Assembly (NCBI RefSeq): GCF_009914755.1
Contig: NC_060927.1
From: the human T2T-CHM13v2.0 reference genome, Homo sapiens
Length of the DNA stretch: 64,000 nucleotides
Direction: 5' to 3' (one strand)
Under the pieces are notes generated by a model, which saw only the letters and a program-made list of their open reading frames with translations, did no database searches and was not told the DNA's origin. A program made the translations under genes and the position numbers. Below, piece by piece: positions 30,380-50,509 of this stretch. How positions within the stretch are numbered: the first letter of the stretch is position 1; each line of letters begins with the position of its first letter.

Positions 30380-31283
30380 GAAGCCACAGAATGGGAGATA
30401 TTATCCAGAATCTACAAGGAACTTAAGTGTACAAACAAAAAACAAGCCCATTAAAAAATGGGTAAAGGGCATGAACAGACACTTTTCAAAAGAAGACATA
30501 CATGCGGCCAACAAGCATATGACAAAATGCTCAATATCATCATTACAGAAGTGCATATCAAATCCACAATGAGATACAATCTCCCACCAGTCAGAATGGC
30601 TATCACTAAAAGGTAAAAAAATGACAGATGCTGGCGAGGTTGTGGAGAAAAGAGAACACTTATATACTGCTGGTGGGAGTGTAAATTAGTTCAACCATTG
30701 TGGAAAGTAGTGTGGCAGTTCCTCAAAGAACTGAAAATAGAACTACTGTTTAACCTAGCAATCTCATTTCATACCCGAAGAAATATAAATTGTTGTATTA
30801 TAAAGACACATGCATGTGTATGTTGAACACTATTCAGAGTAGCAAAGACAATGAATCAACCTAAATGCCCATAAGTAGTAGTATGGATAAAGAAAATGTG
30901 GTACATATACACCATGGAATACTTTGCAGTCATAAAAAAGAATGAGATGACATCCTTTGCAGGAACATGGATGGAGCTGGAGGCCATTATCCTTAGCAAC
31001 TAACACAGGAACAGAAAACCAAATACCACATGTTCTCAGTTATAAGTGGGAGATAAATGATGAGACCACATGGACAGAAAGGAGAACAACAGACGCTGGG
31101 GCCTACTTGGTGGGGAGGGTGGGAGGGAGAGGTTCAGAAAAAAAACAAAACAAAGCTGTTGGGTACTATGCTTAGTACCCGGCTGAGGAAATAATCTGTA
31201 CACCAAACTCCTGAGTCATGAGTTTCCCTGTCTAACATGTACCCCTGAACCTAAAATAAAAGTTAAAATATTTTTTAAAAAAA
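30380..31283 (+). mobile_element. L1PA15/16- or L1PB-like 3' end
   Basis: L1 3' terminus ...ACATGTACCCCTGAACCTAAAATAAAAGTT. Confidence 0.8.
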
Positions 31284-31506
31284 GAATAACAAAATAACTG
31301 ATATCCAGAATATACAAAACTTTATTTAATAATAACGCAATGACAACCAAGTAGAAAAATGGTCAAGAGACTTAAACAAGTACTTTACCAAAGAGGATTT
31401 CCCAGTGGCCAATAAAAAAGAAAAAGTACTCAGTTTTTCTTATAATAGCACTGGGCTTATTCTCATTCTTGGCAGATTGTTTCTACACTTTGAATGAACA
31501 TATTAA

Positions 31507-32056
31507 TGTTAACCATATCTTTTACCTTTTATATTCTGATGCTTTGACATTCTGGTGTTTTGCTGACCCTAGAAGCACAGCCCCACTCAGTGTTTGCCCA
31601 TTTGTAGAGATAGTAAACGACTGGCCTTGGAATGTACTTTTCAAATGCAGACCAACCAATCCAGAGCCCACACCCCACCCACCTCCTTTATCAAGCTCTC
31701 ACTCTCCATACCACTATTTACCTGTGCTAGTCACCCCAGAGATAGGTACCAGAAAACTAGGGTCAGCCCTTATGTCCTAGAGCTTCCTGAAATCATTCAA
31801 ACTAGCCAATCTTAAACCTTATGGCTTGCCTTTCCAACTCCTTCTCATAGAAACCACAATTAAACTTCTTGCTCACAGTCCTCCCTCTCCCTCTGCCTCC
31901 TGACTGATCCTACTCCTTCCTCATCTAGCCCTCTGTGGTGGTGGACATTCCCTCCTTTTGTGAATAATAAACTGTCTTTTCACAATGGCAATTATCTTGT
32001 GATCTGTCAGACTTACTCTATCTCAAATTTCCTGTTAATAGCCTATATTTTAAATA
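31507..32056 (+). mobile_element. Solo LTR, MER54/MER73/MER74-like
   Basis: GATGCTTTGACAT..GCTGACCCT, ACCAACCAATCCAGAGCCC, ATTCAAACTAGCCAATC motifs. Exact family uncertain. Confidence 0.65.
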
Positions 32057-32371
32057 TAGTCTTCCTATAATCCATACTGTCCTAATCCATATTCAGTTAG
32101 TCATCTGTTAAATGTAAGTAGCATCACAGTAAGATCACTACACACCAGAATGGCTAAAATGAAAAAGACTGATAGTATCAACTAAGAGCAAAAATGTGGA
32201 ATGACAGAAACTTTTATATATTCTTCATGGGAGTATAAGTTGGTACAACCACTTTGGAAAGTAATTGGCATTATCTATTATGTATGACCCAGCAATTCCA
32301 TTTATAGGCATATATCCAACTGTTAAGTGTGCACATTGCACCAAAAGACATAGACATATATAAAAACATTC

Positions 32372-32697
32372 TTTTTTTTTTACATCACATTTTCTTTATT
32401 TCTTCATTGGCTGGTGGGCATTTATGCCCATTCCATATTTTTACATTGCAAATTGTGCTGCTATAAACATACGTGTGTAAGTGCCTTTTTCATACAATGA
32501 CTTTTTTTTCCTCTGGGTAGATACCCAGTAGTGGGATTGCTGGATCAAATGGTAGTTCTTCTTTTAGTTTAATCTCCATACTGTTTTTCATACTGATTGT
32601 ATTACTTTACATTCCCACCAACAGTGTAAAACTATTCCCTTTTCACCACATCCATGCTAACATCTATTATTTTTTAATTTTTAAATTATGGCCATTC
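32372..32697 (-). mobile_element. 3'-transduced segment (L1PB-like internal fragment plus second poly-A)
   Basis: Lies between the L1PA poly-A and the TSD. AATAAA at 32400-32395, A10 at 32381-32372. Confidence 0.8.
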
Positions 32698-38354
<5,657 letters not shown>

Positions 38355-38775
38355 AAAAAACATTCATTGTCGCATAACAACCCTAAACTGGAGATCTAAA
38401 TAGCTAGCAGTTTTAGAATAGATAAATAAGTTGTGGTATATTTTCATAATGGAATATTCTATGGGAATGAAAATTAATAAACTAGCTACAAGCAATAGCA
38501 TGGAGGCATCTCATATGGGCACAAAAGAATACATTATGATATACTTTATATGAAGATCAAAGCAGACAAATAAAACTATTAGAAGTCATGATAATGGCTA
38601 CTATTGGGGAGAAGAAAGACGGTAGTGACTAGGGAGAGGTTATAAGATATCTAAGGTGGTGTTTATGTTCTAATCCTTAAACTGGATGTTGGTTACATGA
38701 CTATATTCACTTTGTGATGATTCATTGAGCCATGCAGTTATAATTCATGAACTTACTCTGCTAATTTTCATAAAG

Positions 38776-39079
<304 letters not shown>

Positions 39080-39280
39080 TAAATTTTTTTTTTAACTATA
39101 ATTAGTTACAGAGTTATGTTTCCTTTAAACATCAAACATTCTTAGGTTTGGAATATTAGACTTTAAATTTATCATAGTATTGATAAATGTATACATTTGA
39201 GAGTAAATCATGTAAAATATTCTACCTAAATTATGTGTTGATGCTTATTGCTTGATTTTATTACAACATTCTACCAGTTT

Positions 39281-39940
39281 TGTTAAAGAAAAAATTTTTC
39301 TGACGCTTGTTAAAATGGTAAGGAAATCTTTATCCAAGACTGTTGCAATAGGTATATGGTAATAGGTGAGAGAAATCAGAATAAAACAAGAACAACTGGG
39401 GATTTACAGCCAAGGAGCATGGTAAAGGGGTCAGTGGATAGAAAATTACTGGGAGGAGAAATCAAGTGTAGGGGGATTTTGTTAAATTGACTTGATAAGA
39501 GTCTTACTAAAGGCCAAGGAGTTATACATCAAAGGAAGTTGAACAAATATCAGGAGTGATCAGCTTGGTATAGTGGCTCATGCCTGCAATCCCAGCTACT
39601 CAGAAGTCTAAGGTGGGAGGATCACTTGAGCCCAGGAGTTTGAGGATACAGGGAGCTATGATTGTGCCACTGCAGTCTAGCCTGGGCAACAGAGAAAGAC
39701 CCATCTCAAGCAAACCAACAAATAAATAAATAATAAATAAATGATTGATCAATATTAAGGATGGAAGGACTCTCAGTAAACTAACTTAACAGGATTCTTT
39801 GCTAAGACTGGGCTGCAGAGGCCAAAGACAGGACAGGGTGGGTGGGGGTTGGTGGCGGATGTGGTCATGCTCCAGGCCTAGAGGAAAAGAGGCCTTAGAG
39901 GAGCCTGATTAAAGTTTAGTCAAAGGGAGAGTCTTTGCCA
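39281..39940 (-). mobile_element. MER31-like solo LTR containing an Alu monomer (39562-39740)
   Basis: TGTTAAAGAAAAAA...CTTGTTAAAATGGTAAGG start and GAGAGTCTTTGCCA end. 4-bp TSD GTTT on both sides. Confidence 0.75.
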
Positions 39941-39944
39941 GTTT

Positions 39945-40130
39945 CTTCTTCTCTTTCTCCTGCTTTCTTCTTCTCTTTTGTTTGTTCTTTCATCTTCCTT
40001 CTTCTTCTTCCTTCTTCTTTCCTCCTCCTCCTCCTCCTCCTGCTCCTCCTCTTTCTCCTCTTTCTCCTCCTGCCCCTCCTCCTCCTTCTCTTCCTGCCCC
40101 TCCTCCTCCTTCTTCCTCCTTTCTTCATTT
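39945..40130. repeat. CT-rich low-complexity (CTT/CCT)n tract
   Basis: Almost pure pyrimidine strand. Confidence 0.92.
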
Positions 40131-40649
40131 TTTGCTTGTAATAATATGGGCTTAATCTTGTTCTTGGCAGAATGGTTCCATACTTTAATTACCTTGCTAA
40201 AATTCATACTACCATAATTATATTCAATTAATATAGTAATTGAAGGACTTATATTGATAAAAGACAATAATTATGAAGATTGTTGGATGTAGTTAGAGAT
40301 TTATGTGAAATATTCACTTAGCCATAATATTAAAGAACCGTAGTCTATAGTATTTTTTTTGTGATATAAAGACATGAAAGTTTTTAGAAGCTTAAGAGAA
40401 TCATCAGTGTTTTTAGAAAAGGAAAATAAGCAAATCATGAAATGTTAACAGCCCAAATATCTAAAGATTGAATATTATTTCATGAGGGAATGAAATAATA
40501 ACTTTTTAAAAATAACTTTTTTTCTTCAATTAGAAAGGTTTAAAAAGTGCCTATTGAACAACTGGCAAAGTAAAACTACAGTGTAGCCATTGATATTAAT
40601 ACATTTTGAAGTACATTCTGCTAGTATTTTTCTGTGCATTATTTACAAC

Positions 40650-43600
40650 CTTTTTTGGCAACTTGTCCTTTATTTTATTTTAATAAGTTCAGAGGATACA
40701 AGTGCAGTTTTGTTGCATAGATAGATATATTGCCTAGCTTTGATGTATTGGCTTTTAGTGTACCCATCACATGAATAATGAACATTGTATCCAACAGGCA
40801 ATTTTTCAGCCCTCACCCCTTTCCCTACCTCTCCGTATTTAAAGTCCCCAGTGTCTATTATTCCCCTCTGTAGCTCCATGTGTACCCATTGTTTAGCTGT
40901 CACTTACAAGCGAGAACTTGTGGTATTTGATTTTCTGTTTCAATTATTTTACTTAGGATAATGGCCTCCAGTTCCACCTATTGTTGCAAAAAACATGATT
41001 GCATTCATTTTTTCTGGCTGCATAATATTCCATGGTCTATATCTATATATCCATATCTATATCTATCTATCTACACAGACCCCCTACATTTTCTTTATCT
41101 ATTCACCCATTGATAGACACTTAGGGTGATTCCATAATTTGGCTATTGTGAATAGTGCTACAATAAACAGGAGAGTGAAGCTATCTCTTTGATACAATGA
41201 TTTCCTTTCTTTTGGATATGTATCCAGTAGTGGGATTACTGGATCATATGGTAGTCTTTAGTTTTTTGGAGGGACATCTATGCTCTTTTACATAGCAGCT
41301 ATACTAATTCACATTTCCACCAAAAGAATAGGAGGGTTCCCCTTTCTCCACATCCTTACCAGCATTTGTTATTTTTTGTCCTTTTAATAAAAGCCATTTT
41401 TACTGGGGTGGGATGATATCTTATTGTGGTTTTGATTTGCATTTTCCTGATGATTAGTGATGTTGAGCCTTTTTTCATATACCTATTGGCCATTTGTATG
41501 TTGTTTTTTTTTGTTTGTTTGTTTGTTTGTTTTTTGAGATGGAGTCTCGCTCTGTTGCCCAGGCTGAAGGGCAGTGGTGAGTGGTGCAATCTCTGGCTCA
41601 CTGCAAGCTCTGCTTCCTAGGTTCAAGTGATTCTCCTGCCTCAGCCTCCCAAATAGCTGGGATTACAGGTGTGCACCACTATACATGGCTAATTTTTGTA
41701 TTTTTGGTAGAGATGGGGTTTCACCATCTTGGCCAGGCTGGTCTTGAACTCCTGACCTCAGGTGATCCACCCTTTCACCCTCCCAAAGTGTTGGGATTAC
41801 AGGTGTGACCCACCGCACCTGGCTCCATTTGTATGTCTTTTAAGAAATGTCTACTCAGATCTTTTGCTCATTTTTAAATTAGATTTGTTTGTTTTTGTTT
41901 GTTTGTTTTTTGCTGTTGTTTGAGATCCCTATAGATTCTGGTTATTAATCCCATCTCAGATGGATAGTTTGAAAATATTTTCTCTCATTCTGTAGGTTGT
42001 CTCTTCACTTTGTTGATTGCCATGCAGAAGCTTTTTGGCTTCATGTGATCTTATTTGTTTATTTTTGCTTTTGTTGCCTGTGCTTTTGCTGTCTTATGCG
42101 ATAAAATGTTTGCCCAGACCAATGTCCTCAAGCATTTCCCTAATGTTTTCTTATAGTAGTTTCATGGTTTCACATCCTAGATTTAAGTCTTTAGTCCATT
42201 TTGATTTGATTCTTGTACATGGTGAGTGATAGGACACTAATTTTATTCTTTTGCATATGGTTATCTAGTTTTCCCAGCACGATTTATTGAAGAGGCTGTC
42301 CTCTTCCCAGTGTATGTTCTCAGTACCTTTGTCACAAATGAGCTGAGTGTAAATAGGTGGTATTATTTCTGTGTTCTCTATTCTGTTTAATTAGTCTATG
42401 GGTCTATTTTTATGTGGCTTTGGTTACTTTGGCTTTGTATAGTATATTTTGAACTCAGGTAATGTGACGCTGCCAATTTAGTTGTTTTTGCTCAGGATTG
42501 CTTCAGGCTCTATTTTGGTTCCATATAAATGTTAGGTTTACTTTTTCTATTTCTATGAAAAATCTCATTGGTAGATTGATAGGGATTATATTGAATTTGT
42601 AGGTTGCTTTGGGTAGTGTTATCATTTTAATGGTATTAATTTTTGCAAACTATGAGTATGGGATGTCTTTTCATTTTTTGTATGTTCTTTTCATCAGTGT
42701 TCTCTTCCTCAACTGGTTTTTCTTGTATAGATCTTTCACTTATTTGGTTAAATTGATTCTTAGTTATTTTATATTTTTTGTAGATATTGTAAATGGGATT
42801 GCTTTCTTGAGTTCTTTTTCAGATTGTTCACCGTTGGCATATATAAATGCTACTGATTTTTGTATGTTGATTTTGTATCCACAACTTTACTGAATTTGCT
42901 TAACAGGTTTTCGTTAATTTTTGTTGATTTTTCTTTCTGGATGATCTGTGTGTTACCAAGAGTGAGGTGTTAAAGTTCCTTACTATTATTATATTACGGT
43001 CTCTCTCTCTCTCTCTTTAGATCTTTAATATTTGCTTTGTATACTTGAGAGCACCAGTGGTAGGTGCATAGACATTTATAATTGTTTTGCTGAATCCTCT
43101 TGCTGAATTCACGCCTTTATCATTATATAATGATCCTCTTCATCTCTTTTTAGTCTTTGATTTTTACTGTATTTTTCCTGATGTAAGTATAACTACTTGG
43201 TTTTTTTTTTTAGTTTTTTGTTTGTTTGTTTGTTTCAAGTTGTATGTAATACCTTTTTCCACCCCTTCACTTTGTCTATGTGTCTTGATAGTTGAAGTGA
43301 GTTTCTTGTAGGCTGTATATATTTGGATCATGTTTCTTTATTAATTCAGCCACTCTCTGCCTTTTAATTGGAGAATTGAGTTCATTTAGTCAGTGTTATT
43401 ATTGATAAGTAAGGACTTAACTACTGCCATTTTGTTGCTTGTTTTCTGGTTGCTTTGTAACTCTTCTCTTCCTTTCATTCTTTCTTACTGTCTTTCTTTG
43501 GGGTTAAGTGATTCTCTCTGGTAGTATGTTTTAATCCATTGCTTGATTTTTAAAACATTTTTGTGGGTACATAGGTATATATATTTATGGGTTAACTGAG

Positions 43601-44810
43601 ATGTTCTGATACAGGCATGTAATCTGAAATAAGCATACCATGGAGAATGGGGTATCCATCTCAAGCATTTATCCTTTGAGTTACCTATAATACAATTACA
43701 TTCTTTATTTAAAAAATACAATTAAGTTTATTATTGACTATAGTCATCCTATTGTGCTGTCAAATAGTAGGTCTTATTCATTCTTTCTATTTTTTTTTTT
43801 TTGTGCTCATTAACTGTCCACACTTCCCCTACCATCCCCCGTCTACTGTTCCTAACTTCTGGCAACCATTCTTCTACTCTCTATGTCCATGAATTCAATT
43901 GTTTTGATTTTTAGATCACACAAATAAGTAAAAACATGAAATGTTTGTGTTTCTGTTCCTGACTTATTTCTCTTAATAACATAATGTCCAGTTCCATCCA
44001 TGTTGTTGCAAATGATGGATCTCATTCATTTTTTTTATGGCTGAATAGTACTCCATTGTGAATATGTACCACATTTTCTTTATCCATTCATCTATTGGTG
44101 GACAGTTAGGTTGCTTCCAAATCTTAACTATTGTAATCAGTGCTACAGCAAACATAGGGGTACCGATGTCTTTTTGATATACTGATTTCCTTTCTTTTGG
44201 GTATATACCCAGCAGTGGGATTGCTGGTACTTGATATTTTTAGTGAATCTATTATAGGTTTTGGGGTTGTGGGTATCATGAGTTTACAAAAACATCTTAT
44301 AGATGTTATTTTAAGGAGATGTCAGCTTATCTTAGAATAGAAACAAATAATGAAGAAATAGAAAAAACAATCTCTACACTTTAACTCCATTCCTCTCACA
44401 TTTTGACTTTTAATTATTGTATTGACATATTTTTATATTACCCATATCTTTACAGATTGCTCTAGCTATTTTTTGGATAGATTTATGTTTGGAGTTTCAT
44501 TCTAGAGGTATGAGTCTATTGCACCACCAACTTACAGTACTAGAGTTCGCGGTTTGTCTCTGTACTCAATTTTCCTAGCACACTATGTCTGGCAGATTGT
44601 GGGAGGAGTGTCATGAACATAGAAGTCTGATTCTCTATACTGTCTGCTCAGTGTTTTCACTTCTCTTTGGACACAGGGATTGCTTCATCCTCAGATTTCA
44701 GTTCTGGGATATTGCTCATCGTAATCTTGGCAGAAGGTATTTGTTTTTAGTTTTCTCTTAGGGAGAAGTGAAGCTTGATTCCTTGTACTCCACCATTTTG
44801 GTGATGTAAC
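40650..44810 (-). mobile_element. Composite old L1 (L1PB/L1MA-like) with internal deletions, nested AluS (41502-41824) and a nested L1MA 3' fragment (~43550-44228)
   Basis: L1 3'-end and ORF2 remnants on the minus strand. Alu TSD CCATTTGTATGT. Confidence 0.8.
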
Positions 44811-47800
44811 TTTTGTCGCAAAATGTATGTTGAAATCTTTTGTTCACTGATAACTCCCTAACCTTTTTTTCTCTTTTATGTCTTAAGTGTAATTTTAATG
44901 GAAGGAAAAGATAAATTAATTAGTCTGTAATCTTAAACAGAACTGGACAATTTGCTTTCTTTATTTAACAATATATTGTGAACATACTGTTTAAGCATAG
45001 GCATGATTTTAGTTTTGAGGTTGAAATTATATTCTTTATTCCTTAGTTATGTATTTAGACAGTTCTAATGAAATTCAAAGTGAAGACAAATATTTTTCCA
45101 ATATTGAACTCACTGCATGATGATTTTTTTTTTTGTATTTTGTTAGTGATTTCTTTAGAGACCTTTAGTTTGTTTTGTTTCTTTCCAGAGAAAGAATTCC
45201 AAATTTTCCTATCCTCAACCTGTTGTTTTACTCTGCAGATTCATATGTCATGCATTAAAGATGCATGCTTTCATTTTTGCATCATGCAATTTAAAACTAC
45301 TTCCATTTTTACATTCTAATTTTAAAACTTGTGGTAGAGTCCTTTTCTTAATATTTGTGTCGTGATTCTTGAAACAATCATTATGCAGTTCTCACTAGAA
45401 CTGAGAGTAAGAACGTTATTACTCTTTGTTAGGATTATGACATTTATTTCAAAAACAAGGAAAGTAAATGACAATGTATAAATCAATTTGAATGTCAAGT
45501 TACAATTTTCTAATTAGATTAGCTCAAGATTCTATTTTTTGTGTATTATAGTTTAAGGAAAGTGGTCAACTGAATTAAAAACTTTTTTCACATTAGGGCA
45601 ACAAAATTTTACCTTTAAATAAATCAGCTGTATGACTTCCATGACAATATAACTTAAATCCAAAGGTCAATTGAGAATGGGCACATGCAGGAAAAAGTAA
45701 CTAAGCCGTCTAAATTTTGTATTCTGATTCATTCTATCCATATAATTTTTTATTTATAATGCGACTGTATTTGAAGACAGTCTGAAGAACTTAATTTGAA
45801 CTGTCTTGTTAGATCTGTTTTATTCTTACAAGTCTTAATATGCTGAATAAAATTGGCAGCCATTCAATGTAGACCTAAAGCATATAGCTTGATTATTAAG
45901 ATTTGGAGTTAGCATTTTAGCACAATTTATCAAATTTCCAATTATTTACTTTTCCCTTGAAAATATTTAGCACAGCAGAATATAGTTGCCGCAAAAGACA
46001 CCAGCCATTAAATATGCCAGTATGCTGTTTTCGTCCTTTCTACCTTCATGTCTGACTTTGGATGAAACCTATCAGTTATCTGTATTATTACAAAAGAAGA
46101 TCTTTATTAAGCTTCTTGGAGCTATGCCAGAAATTATCCACCAGTATCTGCATAAACTAGTCTCTGAATAATAACAGTTTTGCATAGATACAGGCTCTTA
46201 ATAAATTTTTGTAGGATCATTAAGTATAGGGTTGACATAGGAGCGTAAATTTCTTAATTAGGTAAAAGAACGAACAGTGAAAGTTAAATATACATCATAG
46301 AGAAGATTAAAGATAAATGTAGTTTAAAGATTAGAAGAAAACTAAATAATTATTTGTTGAGCACTTGAAAAAAATCATGAAAGACAAAGTAGAGTGCTCT
46401 CATTCTACTTTGGTTTTTGCACATTTTAATTTTCTTATCTAACTAGAAATATAACTCACTTAAAAGCAGTCTAGAAAGTAAATCAAACATTTATTATATC
46501 TTCAGTGTGTCCCAGATACTGAAATGGGTTTCATATGCTGCTTAATTTCATCATTAAAACTATCTACGAATTAACTATTATTACCATCAACATATACATA
46601 TGATAAAGAGATGTTCAGATCATTTAACTGACTTGCCTTAATTTGAAAATCTTGTAGGAAACGAAGTGAGAATTTAAGCCCAGACCTAGGGATGATGTTC
46701 AACTGATACACATGGCCATGATTGTTGTTAAATATTTTGAATATCAGCACTGCCTAAGCCAGTCTAATTCTGAAGTTTATATTTTTTTCATTGTTTCATG
46801 CCTTATAAATATTCAGTGCTTCTCTTTGACGAGTGTTCATTTAGATGCTAGGGATAAAGCAATTAATAAGATAGATATGAGCCTTGTCCTAAGTGGACTT
46901 GTCTTGTAGAGGATGTCACTACATAAACTATAATACAATGTGTTAAGTGGTATGCAGAGGGAGTGGAGATTGCTGAGGCATATAATAGGGATACTGACTC
47001 CTACTTATTATCTTTCTGATTAACTTAGACATCACTTCTCCCAGGTAGCTGGACACTGCCTGAAAATATCAGGTGTGCCTTATGTGCTTCCATAGTATTC
47101 TATATTTGGCCCATAATAGTACTTATCATCACTTGTGGAGAGGGGTCTTGTATTTACCTTTTCATTTTATACCTGGTTCATAGCAAACCCTCAAGAAAAA
47201 GTTCTAGAACAAAGAAAATAGAATCAAGGTCTGAGACTGCAGCAAATCAGTGACAGAGTAGTTTTAAATAAGCTTTTATGTATTTGGATGAGAAGTGATG
47301 GAGATATCCTTGTAAAGCCAGAGGAAAATTTATCTTTTGAGAATGAGGAATATGGTCTAGAATGAAAAAGATTTAGAATAATCACTGAGGGGATGCAAGA
47401 GGAAAAAGAGAAATAATACATTAAAAAGACAGCCTTAAACAAGTGCTATAGAATGAGGGTAAAATTGCTGAGGTTAAAACAAAAAACAGCAAAAAATGCC
47501 CTTAAGAATGTTACTGTGAATTCTTTCCTGAATATCAACAAGTAGAAAGTTTGTCTGTGTGTTTTTCTGAAATCTACCTTTATAAAATAAATATCTTCTG
47601 CATTAAAATGGGTCATTGAAACAAAAGTTTAGAAGGAAAATACCTCTCTGTTCTATTTCCAAAACATTTTTTTTTTACACTGGATGTATTAACACCAGTC
47701 ATTATTTGAGCAAAATTAAGGAACTTAGGACATACAAGGAAATGATTGTACTCTTTAAATGGGTGACTTTTGTGAAATGTGAATTATATCTCACAATAAA

Positions 47801-47948
47801 GTTGTTAAATAAAAAAAAATGAGAACCTTTTCCATAGCAAAACTAGAGAATAGAAAAACGTGACCATTTGTAGCTCAAGTAACATATCAAGAAGTTTCTT
47901 AGAAGGTGGCTTTCTGTTTTGGGGGTCAAAGGGACAGGTGAATTATAA

Positions 47949-48335
<387 letters not shown>

Positions 48336-49184
48336 AGTTTATTTTTTTTTATGCTGGACTCCTTCCCCTCACCACCCGTATAAATGTATGTCATAACTTG
48401 CTCTGACCCCACAACATTTTCCAGCTTGCTCTTTTCTTTGCATTTCCTCACTTCCACAGAAACGTGCAAACAAACAAACAGAAACAACTACTCAAAGAAT
48501 CACCTGAATTTGTTTTATCCATTTCCTTGCTTTATCATTATGCTTTAGCATGCTCCAATGAGAATTTCATCTTTACTATAAACCTGCCATTGCTCTTGTC
48601 ATGTCATCAATGATTTCCATGTTGAAATTCAATGGCAACTTCTCTGTCTTCATTCCTGAAAATTCTAAGTAATGTCCAACACAATCAACCATTTAGTTTT
48701 TCTGGAAACATGAATGTCACTAACTTTTATCTGATTATTTAGGTTGAAATCTTAGTAGTCAAACTTGATTAATCTCTTTCCATTTTTCCCTACATGGAAT
48801 ATGTCAGTGAGTCCTGCATATTTGACCTCTGAAACATATGCAGAATGAGTCCACTTTTTTCAAAGCTCTGTTCCCACCCAAGGCCAAAACATTATCTTTT
48901 TCCACAAGTCTATTCTCTACCTAATAATGTGCTATGTTTAAAATATATATACTTTGTTGAACTTTACCAAATATATATATATTTGGTATATATATATATA
49001 TATATATATACAGAAAAGTATATATATATACAGAAAAGTAAAACAATTATTAATTTAAGTCTTTACTGAATTCTCTTGAAAGGATGGCAGATGGGGAAGT
49101 ACTTCATTTAATAGAAAATAAAATTCCTTACTCATTTGTCCTCCTCAAAGTTCCAAACTATGCAGGAATTGCTTGCCTCCCTAA

Positions 49185-49514
49185 AAACTTCACCAGTAGC
49201 CTATTGTTGACTGAAACCCTTAACAATAACATAAACAGTTAATTAACACATACTTTGTATGTTATATCTGTTGTATACTGTATTCTTACAATAAACCTAG
49301 AAAAAAGAAAATGTTACCAAGAAAATCATAAGAGAAAATATATTTACTATTTATTAAGTGGAACTGGATCATCATGAAGGTCTTCGTCCTTACTGTCTTT
49401 ATGTTGAGTAGGCTGAGGGTTGGTTTTGCTGTTTCAGGGATGATGAAGGTGGAAGAAAGTCTGCATGTAAGTGGACCCATGCAGTTCAAACCTATGTTAT
49501 TCAAGGGTCAACTG
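49185..49514 (+). mobile_element. Tigger2-like fragment
   Basis: Ends CAGTTCAAACCTATGTTATTCAAGGGTCAACTG (Tigger2 TIR). Confidence 0.8.
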
Positions 49515-49536
49515 CGTATGTGAATGTTAGAACACC

Positions 49537-49745
49537 ACCAGCCTGGGTGACACAGTGAGACTATGTCTTTACTAAAAATAAAATAAATTAGATGAGCATG
49601 GTGGCACACGGCTGTACTCCTAGCTAGTCAGGAGGCTGAGTGGGAGGATTGCATGAGTCCAGGAGTTCGAGGCTGCAGTGAGCTATGATCCCACCACTGC
49701 ACCCAGGCCTGGGCAACAGAGAGAACCCTTATCTCAAAAACAAAA
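49537..49745 (+). mobile_element. 5'-truncated AluJ
   Basis: GAGGCTGCAGTGAGCTATGAT diagnostic. Confidence 0.85.
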
Positions 49746-49765
49746 TTTTGGAACAATAAAGTGGC

Positions 49766-50509
<744 letters not shown>

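Noticed and set aside
39916-40267. Protamine-like Arg-rich, poly-Glu and poly-Ser ORFs
   Set aside because: Translations of a CT-rich simple repeat in several frames, with no splice or promoter support.
48990-49040. 20-bp direct repeat (TA)5CAGAAAAGTA
   Set aside because: Slippage within a TA microsatellite, not a spacer-repeat array.
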